A stretch of DNA of 64,000 nucleotides from Azolla caroliniana (lineage: Eukaryota; Plantae; Polypodiophyta). A program made the translations under genes and the position numbers. The notes beneath the pieces were generated by a model that saw only the letters and a program-made list of their open reading frames with translations, had not been told where the DNA came from and did no database searches. Location of the stretch: NCBI GenBank assembly GCA_043228905.1, contig JBHGNT010000013.1:8680001-8744000 (forward strand). The letters run 5' to 3'. Below, in pieces: positions 60,425 to 64,000 of this stretch (its first letter is position 1; each line of letters starts with the position of its first letter).

Positions 60425-62526
60425 AAGTGCCTTGCACGTCGATCCCACATGCCTTGATGATGATATTTCTTCGACCGGAACTTCCATCGGACGGAATGCT
60501 TGACTCGAACATCTTTGTCGGTCAGCAAATCGTCCGCGACACAAACATTCTCGTTCTGTCGACTTACGAACTTCGTCATGGGTCCAAAATCATGTCGTAT
60601 GTATGTGTGTTCTTCCTTTGTTTTGAGTGTGTGTGAGTAGTCTTGGGATTTTCAAAATTCTAGTGGTGCCCTCTTGTTTTTTAAAATTTTGATATGTACC
60701 CTCGAGGTTTCACAATTTTCATTCAGCACCCTCAGGGTTTCAATATTTGTTACATGCCCCCCCTTTTTTTTCTTCTTTTTCCCTCTGTTTTCAATTTTAT
60801 TCTAGGTTTTTCTCTTTATTCTTCTTCTTGCTCTTGTATCTCTGTCTCTCTCGTGCTCGCATCTGTCTCTCTATGCCTTTCTCTTCTTTGATTTTCTTCT
60901 TTCTCTTCTTTTTCTCTCTTTCTTCTTCTTTTTCTGTCTCGCTTCTCCATCTCTCCATGTCTTCCATGACTTCTTCCATTTTTCCTCTCTTTCTTTCTCT
61001 TCTTCTTTGTTTGTGCTGCTCCATCCTTCTTGTCCTTCATTCTTTTTTCTTCCTTTTGCTCTATTTCTCCTCGTTCTATGCCTATTTTTGCTTCCTCTCC
61101 TTCTGAAGCTCCATAGTATCCATCCCTCAGCGCCAGTCGCCGTCTGTCTCTGCCTCTGCAACCATCTCTGTGCGGCCACTATCCGGCGTCATCGTCTCTA
61201 TTAGCCCTATCCGGCATGTCTCTATTCCGGCCGTCGATCCGGCCGCTGTCCACCCTTCTATTCGTCCAATGTCTCTATCCAGCCCTTTCGGTTGCCTCTC
61301 CGTCACTGTGGCCATCTCCTAGTAGTTGTTGTCCGTTGTCCGGCCATTCGTTCGGCCGTTGTTTGGTCGTTTATCGTCAGGCATCTTCGTCGTCCTGCCG
61401 GCCCTGTCTGACTCCCGCCACCGTTTCCGTTTTCGTCTCCGTCTCCAGCCACCAGTTTTGTCGTCTCTGTCTAGCATTGTCATTCATCTTCCGGTTCATT
61501 TGTTTGTCTGGTCCGGTCTGTTTTAGTCCATCCGGCCGTTCTTACCGGCTGTTTCTGGTTATGCGTCCGGCCACTGCTGCTCTGGCCGACGATCCGTCGT
61601 CATCCGTCATTCCGGCCGTTTCCGGCTCTGTCATCGCTGTCTCCATCTCCCTCTCTTTGACTTTTGCTATGTATGTCTGTCCGGCCCCGCCATTGTCGTC
61701 GTATGTGGTCATTGTCCGGCGCCTGTCTATCTGGCCCTGTTTGGTCATCACCGTCTCCATTTGTCGTTGTCGTCGGCCTTGTCAGCCCTATCCGGCAAGT
61801 TTGCAGTCGGCCGTCTGTTTTGGCCGAGGTCCATCGCTTGGCCGCTTTGTTCAGTCGTCATCCCGGCTTTGTCCATCCGTTCCGGTCATCCTCTCGTCGT
61901 CTGTCTGGTTGTCAGTTGTCTGGTCCGGCCGCCTCCGTTCTGGTGCTGTTCGGCTGTGTCTTTTCGGCCGCCTCTGCAACCTTTTGATCATCCTTGCTAT
62001 TCTGTCCGTCGCCTTGTCGCCGTCTATTCGGCCCGGTCATTGTTCGTCTGTGTCTTTTTGGTTGTCTCTCACACCACACTTTTTGGCACATTCACTATGT
62101 CGTTAACTGCACATTTGCACATTCTCGTTTTCATTCTCGCACACTCACTTAACGTCCTCATTCCATGACTTCCTCTCAACATTGTCATCGTTTTCGTACA
62201 TCTTTGGCACCATTTCTTGGACATTTACACAAAAACAGACCAAACAAAACATACGCATATAGAGATTAATTCGCTATAGAATTATGCGGCAGTTAATCTT
62301 CCATTTTGGACTTCTTTCGCACATTGTTGTCGCCTTTTGCACAGCATCATCAATTCCATTTTTTTCTTTTTTTCTTTTTCTTTTTTTGCACATCTTCATT
62401 GCTTCTCCCACATCGTCGTTGCCATTTGGTGCATGTCATCATTATTTCTTGCTCGTCTCTCCAATAGCATCGTCACTATGCCTCGAATCGCCCGTATTAT
62501 TGTTTGACTCCGTCTCCAAAGGGGGA

Positions 62527-62543
62527 TCCCGTCGTGGTCGCCA
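62527..62543 (-). promoter_or_regulatory. PBS-like site, tRNA-Arg(UCG) type
   Basis: TGGCGACCACGACGGGA on the - strand, 5 nt from the LTR end. Confidence 0.65.
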
Positions 62544-62762
62544 TAAGGTGTTGTAGGTTTTAGGGTTAGGGTTAAGGACGATGATGATGATGAATGATAA
62601 CTATGATGATTGGTAATGAAGATATACATGGTGATGGAGAGTATGATGGTGAGAGATCATATAGAAAAGCATTGCGGGGTGGGGGGTGGTGCCTAGAATG
62701 GCTCCACCCCCCACCCAAGGGGGTTCAACGTGAGAGAGGGAGAGAGAGAGAGAGAAATATGT

Positions 62763-62809
<47 letters not shown>

Positions 62810-63081
62810 TGATTCATTCATATTTCATTCATTCCCCATAAGGGGTTAAATAGTACAAGAGGGGGTAGATACATAGGGGTGTAAGCCCCCTCGAGCATTC
62901 ATACTGGACACTCACTCACACCTCCTCATATCCATCCACATGCACACACGTGTGCATGTGTTCACATACGTATCGACTCACAATTACATTTATGCCCCCT
63001 ACACACACACAACAATCATCATGATCACATTTGACCCTTGCTCATCACATTGACTCTCCGTACATCTCGTATGGGGTAACA

Positions 63082-64000
63082 GCTCATGCGAGTAACCGAC
63101 CAAGATGAACTTCTCCGACTTTGCATCCAACTTCCTCCGCTTCTCATCCGGCACATGCAGACATGCAATGCTACCGAATATCCGAAGGTGTCTCAAATTC
63201 GGCTTGCGCCTGAAATACAGTTCATGCACGAACACCTTGTCACCGATCCGGTTTTGGATATAGACGGTCGTCCAGACCGCCTCAACCTAGTAGAATTTGG
63301 GCATGCTCTTCTCCTCCGGCATCGCCCTTGCCGCATCGATAATCGACCAGTTCTTCCTCTCGGCCACATCGTTTTGCTCCGATGTGTATCTGCAGCTGAA
63401 CTCTCTCCGAATTCCTTTTTGTTGCAGATAATTGTTGAATTGGCCGGAAAAATATTCTTTTCCACCATCCGACCGCAAGCACTTGATCTTCCTCTCCATT
63501 TCCCATTCAACCAGGCTTTGCAGGTTCTGGAAACACTCGAAGACTTCGCTCTTCCGCTCAATGAGGTAGATCCATGTGTGCCAGCTGTAGTCATCAATAA
63601 CATTTTGTGTCCATCCCCATACATCCGAATGAATAAGGTCGAGCTTGTTACGGCTACGATTTCGTTCGATGGGGAATGGAAGCTGGTGTTGCTTCCTGAG
63701 TTGGCAAGCTTCACATATTTGAACCTTCCAGCCACTGAACTTCGGCAAACCAAAAACAACTTGTTTCATTTGCAGGTCTTGAAGCCTCCAGTAATTGACA
63801 TGGCCGATCCGCTTGTGCCAGAGATCAATATCTGATTCAATCTTTTGTCCTTTGGCGAACAAAGCGATGCCGACGTCATTAGTGTCGAGGATGAACATCC
63901 TCCCATCTCTGTGCCCTTGCACAATAATCTGGCCCTCTTCCTCGATGAAGCACCCAAGGTGCGTAAACCGCACCTACATCCCCTGGTCAACGATCTGACC
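63082..64000 (-). pseudogene. pol: Copia-B family integrase fragment, continuing beyond the window
   Basis: Closely matches ~20030-20975 (LWHKRIGH, HSDVWG, SDGGKEY). Confidence 0.9.

Larger units (their letters stand above)
59940..63081. mobile_element. Non-autonomous LTR element (LTRs 59940-60403 [left-truncated] and 62549-63081) with a low-complexity 2.1-kb interior
   Basis: Direct repeats with ~5 substitutions and TGTT...AACA termini. No gag/pol motifs inside. The right end interrupts a copia integrase. Confidence 0.8.

Noticed and set aside
60694-62168. Hydrophobic or Ser/Cys-rich ORFs, including the 296-aa ORF
   Set aside because: Low-complexity pyrimidine-skewed DNA that lacks stops; no recognisable domain.

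Overview
Eukaryotic, gene-free window made almost entirely of nested transposable elements. The element types suggest a seed-free land plant (moss, lycophyte or fern), which is inference only. It holds two structurally intact, very young Ty1/copia elements (32071-37592 and 45297-50824) and a young chromodomain Ty3/gypsy element (22426-28090). It also holds several degenerate copia and non-chromoviral gypsy copies, solo LTRs, a decayed intron-containing Sola2-like DDE transposase (~11540-14300), and a non-coding LTR element beside an assembly gap. Target-site duplications (TSDs) allow a three-level nesting history to be rebuilt. The most unusual signals are: (1) the non-coding LTR element has tRNA-Arg-type primer-binding sites at BOTH inner LTR junctions and no adjacent polypurine tract; (2) a strand-coordinated G->A mutation cluster sits right beside a young LTR; (3) two unrelated gypsy LTRs carry antisense tRNA-like A/B-box modules; (4) a Tf1-type self-priming structure; (5) a U3 motif shared by a gypsy and a copia LTR. 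No host genes or bona fide tRNA/rRNA genes were recognised. Family labels (Copia-A etc.) are my own working names, and tRNA and clade assignments are from memory and need database confirmation.
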